The notes: generated from the sequence alone by a model not told the origin. Numbered from the stretch's first letter, positions 27,642 through 38,503 are shown. The stretch: 64,000 nucleotides of DNA from Oscillospiraceae bacterium (GCA_015065135.1 SVQY01000001.1:10859-74858), one strand, 5' to 3'. A program made the numbers and translations.

Positions 27642-28196
27642 ATGAAAGCCTATCACATGACCATCGCAGGTCTGGAACGCGACCTGCCTCTTTGCCCCTT
27701 GAACGACAAGCTGCAGATCGGTGCCTTCGTCATTTTCGGTGATCCCGAGCTGACCACCGCTGCCGCAACCGAGCTTTTGAAGCGCGCTCCCGACTACGAC
27801 TACCTCATCACCGCTGAGGCCAAGGGCATTCCGCTGGTGCACGAGATGGCACGCCTTGCCGGTAATCAGAGGTACTTTCTTGCCCGCAAAGCGCCCAAGC
27901 TCTATATGACCGGTGTACTGGAGGTCAACGTACACTCCATCACCACCGCCAAGGAGCAGCACCTGTATCTGGATACCGCCGATGCCGAGATGATGCGCGG
28001 CAAGCGCATCCTTGTGGTGGATGACGTGATCTCCACCGGCGAGTCGCTCCACGCCATCGAGGAGCTGGTACACGAGGCAGGCGGCATCGTCTGCGGCCGC
28101 ATGGCCATTCTTGCCGAGGGAGACGCCACCGAGCGCCCCGATCTCATCTATCTGGAAAAGCTCCCTCTGTTTGATGCCGAGGGTAATCCCCTTTGA
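27642..28196 (+). CDS. Phosphoribosyltransferase-family protein (purine/adenine PRTase-like)
   Basis: PRPP-binding loop ILVVDDVISTGES. 184 aa. Confidence 0.7.
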   Translation: MKAYHMTIAGLERDLPLCPLNDKLQIGAFVIFGDPELTTAAATELLKRAPDYDYLITAEAKGIPLVHEMARLAGNQRYFLARKAPKLYMTGVLEVNVHSITTAKEQHLYLDTADAEMMRGKRILVVDDVISTGESLHAIEELVHEAGGIVCGRMAILAEGDATERPDLIYLEKLPLFDAEGNPL

Positions 28197-28214
28197 TCTG
28201 AAAGGAAAAAGACA

Positions 28215-30008
28215 ATGGCTGAATTTTTGACTGAAAAAGATCGCCGCACACACTATTGCGGCACTCTGAACGAGAGTAACATCGGCGAGACCGTCACGGT
28301 GATGGGCTGGGTACAGCGCTGCCGTGACCTTGGCGCGCTGGTATTTATCGACCTGCGTGACCGCACCGGCATTCTGCAGCTGGCCTTTGACAGCGACGGT
28401 GATGCCGAAATGTTTGAAAAGGCAAAGCGCTGCCGCGCCGAATTTGTCATCGCCTGCCACGGCACCGTCCGCGCCAGAGGCGAGAGCGCCGTGAATAAAA
28501 ACATCCCCACCGGCGGCATCGAGATCGCCGTCACCGAGCTGAAGGTGCTTTCCGCCGCCCAGACCCCGCCCATCGAGGTCTCGGACAGCAAGCGCGCCAA
28601 GGACGAGACCGCCCTCAAATACCGTTATATCGACCTGCGCCGTCCCGAGCTGCAGCGCAACATCAAGATGCGCCACGACCTCGCTCGCGTTGCCCGTGAG
28701 TACTACTACGAGAACGGTTTTTACGAGATCGAGACCCCTATGATGATCAAGGCCACCCCCGAGGGTGCCCGTGACTATCTGGTCCCCTCCCGTGTACACA
28801 AGGGCAGCTTCTATGCCCTGCCCCAGTCTCCCCAGATCTACAAGCAGCTGCTGATGCTCTCCGGCTTTGACCGCTACATTCAGATCGCCCGTTGCTTCCG
28901 CGACGAGGATCTGCGCGCAGACCGTCAGCCCGAGTTTACCCAGATCGACCTGGAGATGTCCTTTGCCACTCAGGAGGACATCATGCAGATGAATGAGGGC
29001 TTTATCGCCAGAGCCTTCAAGGAGATCCTGAACATTGAGGTGCCGCTGCCCATGCCGCGTATGACCTTTGCCGAAGCGATGGAAAAATACGGCTCGGACA
29101 AGCCCGACACCCGCTACGGCATGGAGATCATCAACATCTCCGAGGCCGTGAAATCCTCCGAGTTCGTGGTATTCAAGTCCGCTATTGAGAATGGCGGTAG
29201 CGTGCGCGCTATCGTTGCCAAGGGTGCGGCAGCGACCCTGACCCGCAAGGAGATCGACAAGCTGACCGAGCACGCCAAGGGCATCGGTGCCAAGGGCCTT
29301 GCCTATGTGCGCTGGGTAGAGGATGCCCCCAACTGCTCCTTTGCCAAGTTTATGACCGAGCAGGAGCTTGCCGACATTTACGCCGCCGTTGGCCTCGAGA
29401 AGGGCGACGTGCTGCTGATCTGTGCCGATAAGGATAAGGTAGTGCTGCCCACCCTCGGCGCACTCCGCCAGATCGTTGCCAAGAAGCTGGACCTCATCCC
29501 CGAGGGCAAGTTCAACTTCCTTTGGATCACCGAGTTCCCCTTCTTCGAGTGGAACGAGGAGACCCAGCATTGGGATGCCATGCATCACCCCTTCACGATG
29601 CCGATGGAGGAATGCCTGCCGAGCTTAGAGAGCGATCCCGGCTCGGTCCGCGCCAAGGCCTACGATATGGTGCTGAACGGCACCGAGCTGCTTTCCGGCT
29701 CTATCCGCATCACCGACTGGCAGCTGCAAGAAAAGATGTTCAACGCCCTGGGTCTTACCAAGGAGGACATTGAGAAGAAATTCGGCTTCCTGGTGGAGGC
29801 TTACAAGTACGGTGCACCGCCCCACGGCGGCTCCGGTATGGGTCTGGACCGTCTGGCCATGGTCATGACCGGTGCCGACTCTCTGCGCGACGTGATCGCC
29901 TTCCCCAAGGTGCAGAACGCCAGCGAGCTGATGTCCGGCTGTCCCGCTCCCGCCGATCCCAAGGCTTTGGAGGATCTCTCCATTGCCGTTGTGGAGGAAG
30001 ACAAGTAA
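28215..30008 (+). CDS. aspS: Aspartate--tRNA ligase
   Basis: 597 aa class IIb synthetase with motifs FRDEDLRADRQPEFTQID and GGSGMGLDRL. Confidence 0.95.
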   Translation: MAEFLTEKDRRTHYCGTLNESNIGETVTVMGWVQRCRDLGALVFIDLRDRTGILQLAFDSDGDAEMFEKAKRCRAEFVIACHGTVRARGESAVNKNIPTGGIEIAVTELKVLSAAQTPPIEVSDSKRAKDETALKYRYIDLRRPELQRNIKMRHDLARVAREYYYENGFYEIETPMMIKATPEGARDYLVPSRVHKGSFYALPQSPQIYKQLLMLSGFDRYIQIARCFRDEDLRADRQPEFTQIDLEMSFATQEDIMQMNEGFIARAFKEILNIEVPLPMPRMTFAEAMEKYGSDKPDTRYGMEIINISEAVKSSEFVVFKSAIENGGSVRAIVAKGAAATLTRKEIDKLTEHAKGIGAKGLAYVRWVEDAPNCSFAKFMTEQELADIYAAVGLEKGDVLLICADKDKVVLPTLGALRQIVAKKLDLIPEGKFNFLWITEFPFFEWNEETQHWDAMHHPFTMPMEECLPSLESDPGSVRAKAYDMVLNGTELLSGSIRITDWQLQEKMFNALGLTKEDIEKKFGFLVEAYKYGAPPHGGSGMGLDRLAMVMTGADSLRDVIAFPKVQNASELMSGCPAPADPKALEDLSIAVVEEDK

Positions 30009-30013
30009 AACAC

Positions 30014-30054
30014 ATCGGGGTTTTGACAAAATTTACGTCAAAGCCCCGATTTTT
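30014..30054 (+). terminator. Intrinsic terminator after aspS
   Basis: 14-bp stem ATCGGGGTTTTGAC/GTCAAAGCCCCGAT followed by T4. Confidence 0.8.
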
Positions 30055-30092
30055 CAAATACGTATCGGGATTTTCCCGAAAAAGGAGACTGT

Positions 30093-30830
30093 ATGCACAA
30101 AAAGATCCTTGCGCTGCTTCTGGCGCTTTTGCTCCTGCTGACCCTGGCAGCCTGCAAGCCCACGCCTGATGACGGCCCTACCGATCCTACCGATCCCGAG
30201 ACCCCTGCAGGCCCCCAGGAGCCGGAGGACACCCTACTCAATTCGGGCAGCATCAGCGGCACCGATATCACCTGGGAGGTCCATACCGACCGCGTACTGT
30301 ATGTCAAGGGCTCCGGCGCTCTGCCCGACTACGACATCCCCAACGATCAGCCGTGGTATGAGCACGGTGGCAAGACCGGTGTGGAGCGCAGTGATAAGGA
30401 GGGTGGCTCTGTACTGGTCACGCGGATCGTGATCGGGGAGGGCATCACCGCTCTTTCGGAAAACGCCTTCCGCGATTTCCAACCGCTGGTATCCGTATCT
30501 CTTCCCTCTACGCTACAGGTCATTCCCTTCAAATGCTTTGCGGAGTGCCCCAATCTGCGCGAGGTAACGGGCGGCACCGGCGTGACCGTGATCGAATCCG
30601 AGGCCTTTCGCAGCTGCGCCTCTCTGGAGCGTGTGATGCTTTCCCCCTTGCTCACCAAGGTGGAGGACAGCGCCTTCGGCGATGTGATTCCCAACAATAG
30701 CAGTCGTCAGCTGAAGCTGAATATTGAGGGCACCGCCGCAGCCTGGCAGACCGCTCTGGACGTTATGAGCATCGGTCTTGACAACGATGCCTTCCGCCAG
30801 GCCACAACGACCTTCTCCAAGGAGCAATAA
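30093..30830 (+). CDS. Lipoprotein with BspA-type leucine-rich repeats
   Basis: Lipobox LTLAAC. Repeated LRR pattern (I.EGITALSENAF, LPSTLQVIPFKCF, VTVIESEAF, LTKVEDSAF). Confidence 0.7.
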   Translation: MHKKILALLLALLLLLTLAACKPTPDDGPTDPTDPETPAGPQEPEDTLLNSGSISGTDITWEVHTDRVLYVKGSGALPDYDIPNDQPWYEHGGKTGVERSDKEGGSVLVTRIVIGEGITALSENAFRDFQPLVSVSLPSTLQVIPFKCFAECPNLREVTGGTGVTVIESEAFRSCASLERVMLSPLLTKVEDSAFGDVIPNNSSRQLKLNIEGTAAAWQTALDVMSIGLDNDAFRQATTTFSKEQ

Positions 30831-30859
30831 AAAAAGACCCCGAACGGGGGTCTTTTTTT
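30830..30859. terminator. Bidirectional intrinsic terminator
   Basis: GACCCCGAACGGGGGTC flanked by A7 and T7 runs. Confidence 0.85.
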
Positions 30860-30874
30860 ATTGCTTTCGGGGCA

Positions 30875-31657
30875 TCAACGCGCGGCGAAATAGGTGCCCA
30901 CGCGGTTGCCATCCAGGATCTCATAGAGCACGGTGGGATCCTGACCGTTCAGGATGAACATCGGAATGCCCTGATCCAGCACGATCTTGGCGGCCAGCAG
31001 CTTGGTCGCCATACCGCCGGTGCCACGCGCCGTACCGGCACCGCCGGCCATAGCCAGCACACTATCATCAATAGCGCTCACCTCGGGGATCAGCCTTGCG
31101 TCAGCAAACTTGCGAGGATCCTTATCATACAGACCATCAATATCCGAAAGATTGATCAGCAGATCTGCGTGGCAGACCAACGCCACGTACGCGGAAAGCG
31201 TATCGTTACCGCCAAAATTCAACCCTTCGGTAGATACCGAGTCGTTCTCGTTGACGATCGGAATGCAGCCAAGTCCCAGCAGGGTGCTGAAGGTATCCTC
31301 GGCAGCGGCGCGGCGATCCGGCTGATCGATCACATCCTTGGTGAGCAGGATTTGCGCCACCGTATGACCGTAATCCGAGAAAAGGCGGGAATACAGCTTC
31401 ATCAGCTCACTCTGGCCAATGGCGGCCATCGCCTGCTTTTCGGCGGTGTTGATCGGGCGACGGGTGCTGAGCTTTGCCACACCGGCGCTGACCGCGCCGG
31501 AGGACACAAGGATCACCTGGCGACCTGCATTTTTGAAATCCGACAGCACCTTGACCAACGCCTCGATTCGGCGCAGATTCAGATGCCCTTCGTCATGTGT
31601 CAGGGTAGAGGTGCCGATCTTGACGACGATGCGGCGGAATTTGGAAAGATCCGACAT
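30875..31657 (-). CDS. proB: Glutamate 5-kinase (no PUA domain)
   Basis: N-terminus RIVVKIGTSTLT and motif LVSSGA. 260 aa. Confidence 0.9.
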   Translation of the reverse strand: MSDLSKFRRIVVKIGTSTLTHDEGHLNLRRIEALVKVLSDFKNAGRQVILVSSGAVSAGVAKLSTRRPINTAEKQAMAAIGQSELMKLYSRLFSDYGHTVAQILLTKDVIDQPDRRAAAEDTFSTLLGLGCIPIVNENDSVSTEGLNFGGNDTLSAYVALVCHADLLINLSDIDGLYDKDPRKFADARLIPEVSAIDDSVLAMAGGAGTARGTGGMATKLLAAKIVLDQGIPMFILNGQDPTVLYEILDGNRVGTYFAAR

Positions 31658-31807
31658 AAAAAGTGCCTCACTTTTGAAAAAAATATTTGAAAAAATCGCT
31701 ACGATGTATTATAATGATATTATAATAGCCGTAAAGTTACCCAAAACAGGGGTGTTGCTCCTATTATACACCCAAAATCCTCCCTTTGCAAGAGAAAGGA
31801 GAACATT

Positions 31808-32575
31808 ATGAGACAAAAATTTGCCATTACCGTTGCCGACGTGCCGATGAACATCGTTTGCGACGAGAAGCAGGAGACGGTGGATACCGCCGTTACAATG
31901 CTGGATCGCCAGGTCCGCGCTCTGACCTCGGATAAGGCGCATTCCTGTACCAAGACCGAGGCTGCTCTGCTGACCGCGCTGGATTATGCCACCAGAGGCC
32001 TCAATCTGCAGGCCAGACTAAAGGAGTTGGAGGAATTCGTACACGCCTCCGATCCTAACGGCGGCAATTTTGAGGCCAGCCTGCTTCGCGGCGAGAATGA
32101 GACGCTGCGCGCCGAGCTGCAGGTCAGCCGCGGTGCCTATGATGCGCTGCTACAGGATAACGCGACTCTTTTTCAGCTGAACGCCAAGCTGGTGCGCCAG
32201 AACAGCGAGGCCAACGCCCGCGCTGACCGTATGCACGATCAGGTGCTCTCTATCCTCACCGAGGTGCGTGAGCTGCGTGAGCGGCTGGCAGCTATGTGCG
32301 TAGAGACCAGAGCACCCTCCCCCAGCTACGGACAGTATGAGGCCGAGCCTGCCATCGAGATCACGCCAAACGAGCAGCAGACCACCAAAAAATATGAGCA
32401 GATGGACCTCAACGAGATCCTGACCACCGCGCCTCGCCCTGCTGCCCGGCCTACACCTCCTACCGGTCACCCGTTGGAGGGCACGACCGCAGAGGGTGCC
32501 GTTCCCACCATCAGCGAGCCCTCCCGCATTTCGGATATGCTGGATTTTGAGGGCAAGAACAATTACAATGGCTAA
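31808..32575 (+). CDS. zapA: ZapA-family cell division protein with coiled-coil extension
   Basis: The N-terminal ~90 aa resemble ZapA (I.V.......VCDE......A...LD). The rest is coiled-coil and low complexity. Confidence 0.55.
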   Translation: MRQKFAITVADVPMNIVCDEKQETVDTAVTMLDRQVRALTSDKAHSCTKTEAALLTALDYATRGLNLQARLKELEEFVHASDPNGGNFEASLLRGENETLRAELQVSRGAYDALLQDNATLFQLNAKLVRQNSEANARADRMHDQVLSILTEVRELRERLAAMCVETRAPSPSYGQYEAEPAIEITPNEQQTTKKYEQMDLNEILTTAPRPAARPTPPTGHPLEGTTAEGAVPTISEPSRISDMLDFEGKNNYNG

Positions 32576-34568
32576 CAGACCCTTGCCCGAGCTGTTGGCC
32601 CCTGCCGGCTCACCCGAGGCGCTGCGCGCCGCCATTGCAGCGGGCGCTGATGCCGTTTACTTCGGTGGCGGCGCCTTCAACGCCCGTATGCGTGCGCAGA
32701 ACTTTGACGATGAGGCCACGGAGGCCGCCATCCGCCTTTGCCACGCCTATGGGGTCAAGGCCTATATGACATTTAACACGCTGATCACCGATCGCGAGAT
32801 GCCTGCCTTTCTGGTCGCCGCCGAAAAGGCATACCTGGCCGGTGTTGATGCATTGATCGTGGCTGATCTCGGCGCTGCCGCCGTTTTACGACAGGCATTG
32901 CCTCTGCTGCCGCTGCACGCCAGCACCCAATGCTCGGCACACAATGCCGCCGGCGCAAGGGCCCTGGCAGAACGCGGCTTTTGCCGCGTAGTGCCTGCCC
33001 GAGAGCTTTCTGCCGCAGACATCGCCACCATCAAAAGAGAGAGCAATACCGAGATCGAGATCTTCATTCACGGCGCGCTTTGCGTATCACACTCAGGTCA
33101 ATGTCTCTTTTCCTCGCTGGTGGGAGGCCGCAGCGGAAACCGGGGCGAATGTGCCCAGCCCTGCCGCCTGCCGGATGCAAACGGAAAATATCCGCTTTCT
33201 CTAAAGGATCTCTGCCTCGCGCGCGAAATCCCCTTTTTCATTGAGAACGGCATCGACTCGCTGAAGATCGAGGGACGCCTGAAATCACCGCAATACGTAT
33301 ATGAGGTGGTCTCGATCTATCGTCGCCTGCTGGACGAGCGGCGTGCCGCCACCGACCGTGAAATGGCAGCTCTTGCCGCCATCTTTTCCCGCTCCGGCTT
33401 TACCGACGGCTACTTCAAGGGAAAAGTCGGCCGCGAGATGCTGGGCGTACGCACCGAGGCGGACAAGCAACAAAGCGCCTCCAAGGAGACCACGATCACA
33501 CTCCCACCTGTACCCCTCGCCCTGCGCTTTCGGATGAAGGCAAACGAGCCGGTAGCGCTCACGCTGCAAAAAGGCGAGAAAACCGTTACCGTTACGGGGG
33601 ATATTCCCCTTGTGGCGCAAAACGCACCAATGGATGCCGCCGCTGTCTCTAAAAACCTTTGCCGCTTTGGCGGCACACCTTATACGGTAGCTGAAACCGA
33701 TATCGACGTGGATGCAGGACTGATGATGCCTGTCTCCCGACTCAACGCGCTGCGCCGCGCGGCCTTGGCTGCATTGGAAACAGAGCAAAGAGCATCGGCC
33801 GCGCAGCTGCCGCCTCTGCCACAGCTGCAGGGCACGGCAACCGCCCCCACGGCCAGCTTTACCTCCCTTGCGCAGCTCACGCCGAAGGCACGCCATTATT
33901 TTGCGCGCTGCTACCTGCCGTTGGCCCTTTATGACGACCGTGCCGCCGCGCTGACCGACAGCGTGGCGATCCCACCGGTGATCATGGATCACGAGTGGCC
34001 GGACATCACCAAAATGCTGCAAAAAGCCACCGAACGGGGTGCAAAACACGCTCTTGTGAGCAACATTGGGCACCTGGCCGCGGTCAAGGCCGCAGGCCTT
34101 ATTCCCCATGGAGATCTGCGCCTGAATATCTGCAACAGCTATGCCGCTGCCGACTATCTGGCAAACGGTATGACCGATCTGCTGCTTTCTCCTGAGCTGA
34201 CCCTGCCACAGATGCGTGATATCGGCGGCGCGCGGCGCGCCGTGATCTATGGAAGTCTGCCGCTGATGCTGCTGGAAAAATGCGCCGGGCGCGAGCTTGG
34301 CGGTTGCACGGCCTGCGATGCAGGAAAGGTTCGATTAGTGGACAGACGGGGCGAGAAATTCCCCGTTTTGCGCCTGCCGGGCAGCCATCGGAGCGTGATC
34401 TATAACAGTCATCCTACCGTTATGAGCGACCGCCCCCGGGAGCTTATGGGCGCAGGACTTTCCAACGGTCATTTTCTCTTTACCACCGAAACTGCCGATC
34501 AGGTAGATGCCGTGATCAACGCCTATCAGCGCGCAACACCGCTTTATCAAAAAATCAGAAGAATGTGA
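32568..34568 (+). CDS. U32-family peptidase-like protein (long form)
   Basis: N-terminus ELLAPAGSPEALRAAIAAGADAVYFGG and E.F.HGALC motifs of family U32. The start ATG 32568 overlaps the zapA stop. Confidence 0.8.
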   Translation: MANRPLPELLAPAGSPEALRAAIAAGADAVYFGGGAFNARMRAQNFDDEATEAAIRLCHAYGVKAYMTFNTLITDREMPAFLVAAEKAYLAGVDALIVADLGAAAVLRQALPLLPLHASTQCSAHNAAGARALAERGFCRVVPARELSAADIATIKRESNTEIEIFIHGALCVSHSGQCLFSSLVGGRSGNRGECAQPCRLPDANGKYPLSLKDLCLAREIPFFIENGIDSLKIEGRLKSPQYVYEVVSIYRRLLDERRAATDREMAALAAIFSRSGFTDGYFKGKVGREMLGVRTEADKQQSASKETTITLPPVPLALRFRMKANEPVALTLQKGEKTVTVTGDIPLVAQNAPMDAAAVSKNLCRFGGTPYTVAETDIDVDAGLMMPVSRLNALRRAALAALETEQRASAAQLPPLPQLQGTATAPTASFTSLAQLTPKARHYFARCYLPLALYDDRAAALTDSVAIPPVIMDHEWPDITKMLQKATERGAKHALVSNIGHLAAVKAAGLIPHGDLRLNICNSYAAADYLANGMTDLLLSPELTLPQMRDIGGARRAVIYGSLPLMLLEKCAGRELGGCTACDAGKVRLVDRRGEKFPVLRLPGSHRSVIYNSHPTVMSDRPRELMGAGLSNGHFLFTTETADQVDAVINAYQRATPLYQKIRRM

Positions 34569-34578
34569 GGATCTTATT

Positions 34579-35220
34579 ATGTATGAGCATCTGAAGGGCA
34601 AGACCCTGGTCGCCATCGGCGACTCTCTCTTTGAGGGCAACAAGCTGGGCAAGGCCTACACCTGGGTCAACAAAATGGCCACCGTTTACGGTATGTACGT
34701 CTACAACTACGGCAAAAACGGTAACACCCTGGCAAAGCAGGATCGCGAGCCCAAGGTTCCCCCTATGTGCGAGCGCTATGCGGATATGAAGGATAACGCT
34801 GACTACGTAGTGGTGCTGGGCGGTGCCAATGACAAGCGCCTTTCGGTGCCGATCGGCACAAATGAGGATACCGATCCCACCACCTTCAAGGGTGCGCTGC
34901 GACAGATGATCCTGGGGCTTACCGCCAAGTATCCCAAGGCAAAGATCCTCTTTATGACCAACTACAACCGCTGGCCCTCCAAGAACGAGCTGGGACTTTC
35001 GGACATCGACTACGTGCTGGCCATGGAGGAGATGTGCCGCATCTATTCCATCCCCTGCTTTAACAACTACTATAACGCCGGTATTTCCTTCTTTAATCCA
35101 AATCAGCTTGCCTGGGTGGATGAGGGCGTGGTGCTGGGTCTGCCCGAGAACCATCACTTCTCTGAGGAGGCCTACGATTGGCTGCTGCCCAAATACGCCG
35201 CCCTGATCGCGGCGCTGTAA
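34579..35220 (+). CDS. SGNH/GDSL hydrolase-family protein
   Basis: GDSLFEG block I near the N-terminus and a GGANDK block. 213 aa. Confidence 0.7.
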   Translation: MYEHLKGKTLVAIGDSLFEGNKLGKAYTWVNKMATVYGMYVYNYGKNGNTLAKQDREPKVPPMCERYADMKDNADYVVVLGGANDKRLSVPIGTNEDTDPTTFKGALRQMILGLTAKYPKAKILFMTNYNRWPSKNELGLSDIDYVLAMEEMCRIYSIPCFNNYYNAGISFFNPNQLAWVDEGVVLGLPENHHFSEEAYDWLLPKYAALIAAL

Positions 35221-35228
35221 AAAACACA

Positions 35229-35270
35229 AAAACCAAGGGCAACCCCGTTTCGGGTTGCCCTTGGTTTTTT
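35229..35270. terminator. Bidirectional intrinsic terminator
   Basis: Long hairpin AACCAAGGGCAACCC...GGGTTGCCCTTGGTT followed by T6. Confidence 0.85.
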
Positions 35271-35273
35271 ATG

Positions 35274-36641
35274 TTATTTCCCAACGCAAAAATGGGAAAA
35301 GATAGAGGCAACGATCTCCTCATCCACCGCTCTGCCGTCCACCTCACCCAAGGCCTGCAGCGCCAGCTCCGCATCCACACAGGCGGCGTCCAACGGGATG
35401 CCCCCCTGCAGAGAGTCGATGGCGACAGCCAGCCCTTCGGCGCAACGGGAAAGAGCGCCGTACTGTCTCGCATTGGAGACTACCGCATCCTCCCAAAGAG
35501 AGATGCCGTCACACAGATACAGCCGTTCTACCAGCTCGCGCAGGGCGGATATTTCTCCACTTTGTGCCGAAATTTGCAAAACGTGTTCAAAATTTTCAAA
35601 CATTTTTGCCTGCAAGGCACTTTTCCGCTCGCTTTTGTTCAGCAGCAGGATCACGGTGCCGGGCAAGCGCTCCAGCTCGGCCAAAAAGGCGCTTTCCGCC
35701 TCTCCCAAGGGCTTAGTGGCATCCAACACCGCCAGGATCAGCTCGGCCTCTTGCATGGCCTCCTTCGCCCGTTCCACACCGATGCCCTCCACGGCATCAT
35801 CGGTCTCCCGCAGGCCTGCGGTATCATAGAGCCGCAGGGTCACGGTGCCCAGCGCCACAGTCTCGGTAAGGATATCTCTGGTAGTACCCGCCACGTCGGT
35901 GACGATGGCGGCGTTTCTGCCCACCAGCGCATTATATAGGGTGGATTTGCCCGCGTTCACGGGGCCGCAGATCACGGTGGAAATGCCCTCCGCCACCGCG
36001 TGTCCGGTGCGGTAGGTAGCAAGCAGCGCCTCGATATGCGCCCGTTCCTCGATCAGCGCCTCGGTCAGCTCCTCGCGGCTCATCGTATTCAGATCCTCAT
36101 CCGGAAAATCGATCTTCGCATAGGCATCTGCCAACAAAGCGGTCAACCGCTCAAAACGCTCACTGACGGCTGCCGAAAGCTTGCCGGCCATACCGCCTCG
36201 TGCCAGAGTCATCTGCCCGGTAGTGGCCGCCTCCAACATAGCGCCCAGCGCCTCGGCAGCAGATAGCGTGATCTTGCCGTTCAGCAGCGCACGCTTGGTA
36301 AACTCCCCGGCAGGCGCTGCGGCGGCACCTGCCGCCAGCACAGCGCCAAGCACAGTCTCGGTGAGCAACGCACCTCCGTGACAGGAAAGCTCGGCTACGT
36401 CCTCACCCGTAAAGGAGTGGGGCGCCGGAAAGTAGATCGCCAGCCCCTCATCCAGCACGCGTTCCCCCTCCACAATCTGCCCAAAGCAGGCGTGGCGCGG
36501 ATGCGAAACGGGATCCCGCTTGCCCCGGAACACTCTGCCGAGCACGGCGGCGGTATCCGGGCCGGAAATGCGGATCACGGCGATACCGCCCTTTCCGCGA
36601 GGTGTGGAAATGGCGGCAACGGTATCGGAAAAATGCAACAT
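35274..36641 (-). CDS. mnmE: tRNA modification GTPase MnmE
   Basis: N-terminus DTVAAISTPRGKGGIAVIRISG, G-domain GPVNAGKSTLYN, C-terminal FCVGK. Confidence 0.95.
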   Translation of the reverse strand: MLHFSDTVAAISTPRGKGGIAVIRISGPDTAAVLGRVFRGKRDPVSHPRHACFGQIVEGERVLDEGLAIYFPAPHSFTGEDVAELSCHGGALLTETVLGAVLAAGAAAAPAGEFTKRALLNGKITLSAAEALGAMLEAATTGQMTLARGGMAGKLSAAVSERFERLTALLADAYAKIDFPDEDLNTMSREELTEALIEERAHIEALLATYRTGHAVAEGISTVICGPVNAGKSTLYNALVGRNAAIVTDVAGTTRDILTETVALGTVTLRLYDTAGLRETDDAVEGIGVERAKEAMQEAELILAVLDATKPLGEAESAFLAELERLPGTVILLLNKSERKSALQAKMFENFEHVLQISAQSGEISALRELVERLYLCDGISLWEDAVVSNARQYGALSRCAEGLAVAIDSLQGGIPLDAACVDAELALQALGEVDGRAVDEEIVASIFSHFCVGK

Positions 36642-36644
36642 AGC

Positions 36645-37700
36645 TTACTCCAAATCGGTAAATTCGCGGTATTTGACCGCCAGGGTCCTGCCGTCCTCGC
36701 CCACCGTCAGATTAAGCTTGTTCCAGCCATCCGAGGTAAGATAGCCGTCCAACAGCAGCTGACAAAAATGCTTGTCAAAGCGGAAGTCGCTGCCAGCGGT
36801 CACGGTCAGCACCACGCTCTCGCTCTCGTTATCAAAGGTCGCCGTGTAGGGCAGCTGATGATACGCATCCGCGCGCTCCAACGTAATCGGCTTGCTGCTC
36901 ATCCAGTAGGAGAGATCCACACAGCCGGAAAGGATGTTGGAGAAATAGCGCAGCTCCTCGGCGGTATAGGGCGAATAGCGATCCCCTACCTGATGGATAT
37001 GAGTCGCATCCGCCGTTTCGGTGCGGTCGCCGTGAGCGGAAAGTGCCGTATCGTAGGGTATGACGGCCGCAGAGGGCGTGGCTGCCACATAGGCGGTCTG
37101 CCCGTTGGTATAGCTGATCTGCAGGTAGCCGGCACCGCAGTAGGACTGCTTATAATTCTTTGCCAGCAGCGAGACCACAGAGCCGGAAAGCACGTAAACG
37201 GTATCGGTTTCCGCCAAAAACGTGTCGGCCTTCGCCTCCAGATATTTGCTCTTGCCGGCTGCGGCAAGGGCCGCAGGGGTCAGCACGCCGCCCGCCGCCT
37301 GCACATAGGAAAGCGGCGCGATCAGCGTACCGTAAGCGGGCGTGGTGTAGGCCTGCAGCGCCTGCAGGTCTGCCTTATTGATCTCGGTGAGAAAGCGCAG
37401 GCCCTTCTTTTCGCCAAGGCGCACCTCTCCCTCGGTCTCCATCCCCACAAACAGGGCTGTCAGCGTGACAGGCTCGGTGCCGCTGTAAACGGCATTGGCG
37501 GGCAGCAGGACACCGCTTGCAGCCCAACCGACAAACACCTTCCCCTCGGGTGCATCGGGAGCAGGCAGCGGCTGATCGGCCGCATGTGACGTGCTATCCG
37601 TTCCCACCTGCAGCGTCAGCGTAGGGGTAGCGCTTGCGGTTAAAGACAACAGCGGCACCAGCATCAGACATACAAGCACAAGGGGTAAAAAACGACGCAT
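36645..37700 (-). CDS. Secreted hypothetical protein with a Listeria-Bacteroides-type (InlB B) repeat
   Basis: Signal peptide MRRFLPLVLVCLMLVPLLSLTASA and a GKVFVGW...Y repeat motif. Inserted between jag and mnmE. Confidence 0.55.
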   Translation of the reverse strand: MRRFLPLVLVCLMLVPLLSLTASATPTLTLQVGTDSTSHAADQPLPAPDAPEGKVFVGWAASGVLLPANAVYSGTEPVTLTALFVGMETEGEVRLGEKKGLRFLTEINKADLQALQAYTTPAYGTLIAPLSYVQAAGGVLTPAALAAAGKSKYLEAKADTFLAETDTVYVLSGSVVSLLAKNYKQSYCGAGYLQISYTNGQTAYVAATPSAAVIPYDTALSAHGDRTETADATHIHQVGDRYSPYTAEELRYFSNILSGCVDLSYWMSSKPITLERADAYHQLPYTATFDNESESVVLTVTAGSDFRFDKHFCQLLLDGYLTSDGWNKLNLTVGEDGRTLAVKYREFTDLE

Positions 37701-37792
37701 AAGAACCTCCTTTTCGGGTGAAAAAGGGAGGGCATACGGTTAGGATACCGCAGGCTCTCCCTTGTTCGGGTCACCCACAGGTGTGGGATCTG

Positions 37793-38482
37793 TTAAAATT
37801 CGCCAAACTCCTCGCGACGGGGCTCAGCTACGGGTGCAGCGACCTCTTCATCCAGGTAAAGCACGACCTTACGGTTGTTCTCGCTGCCGATCGAGTTGGT
37901 GGAAACGCCCTCGATCTTCTGTACCTCAGAGTGGATGATGCGACGCTCATAGGGGTTCATAGGCTCCAGCATCACGCTCTTCTTGTAGCGCAGGACCTTG
38001 TCTGCCATACGGCGAGCCAGAGCGCGGAGGGTATCCTCACGCTTCAGACGATAATTCTCTACGTCCACAGTCACGCGGCAGAACTCGCGCTTCTCGCCTG
38101 CCACCTTCTTGTTGGCGGCCAGATTTGCCAGGTACTGGAGAGAATCCAGCGTATCACCGTGATGACCGATCAGCACGCCGGCGCTCTCGCCGTCCACGCG
38201 GATCAGCTTGTTGTCACCCTCACCGTCGGAGAGAGTTACCTTGGCATCCAGCCCCATGCTGTCTACTAAATTTTTAATGAAGTCATAGGCGACCTCGGCG
38301 CCCTTCAGGGTGTAGCTGAACGCATACTTGCCGGGGGCGGCGCCAATACCCAGGAAGCCCTTCTTGGGAGCCTCGATCACAGTACATTCCAGAGCCTCTG
38401 CATTGGGAGCGCCCAGCTCGGCAACGGCCTTGGCGGCGGCCTCCTCCTGGCTCTTTGCGGTTACGATTAACTCTTTTTTCAC
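37793..38482 (-). CDS. khpB: Jag/KhpB RNA-binding protein (Jag_N, KH, R3H)
   Basis: C-terminal R3H motif (LEPMNPYERRIIH). Conserved position after yidC. Confidence 0.85.
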   Translation of the reverse strand: MKKELIVTAKSQEEAAAKAVAELGAPNAEALECTVIEAPKKGFLGIGAAPGKYAFSYTLKGAEVAYDFIKNLVDSMGLDAKVTLSDGEGDNKLIRVDGESAGVLIGHHGDTLDSLQYLANLAANKKVAGEKREFCRVTVDVENYRLKREDTLRALARRMADKVLRYKKSVMLEPMNPYERRIIHSEVQKIEGVSTNSIGSENNRKVVLYLDEEVAAPVAEPRREEFGEF

Positions 38483-38503
38483 AGTCTTTTCCTCACTTGA
38501 TCA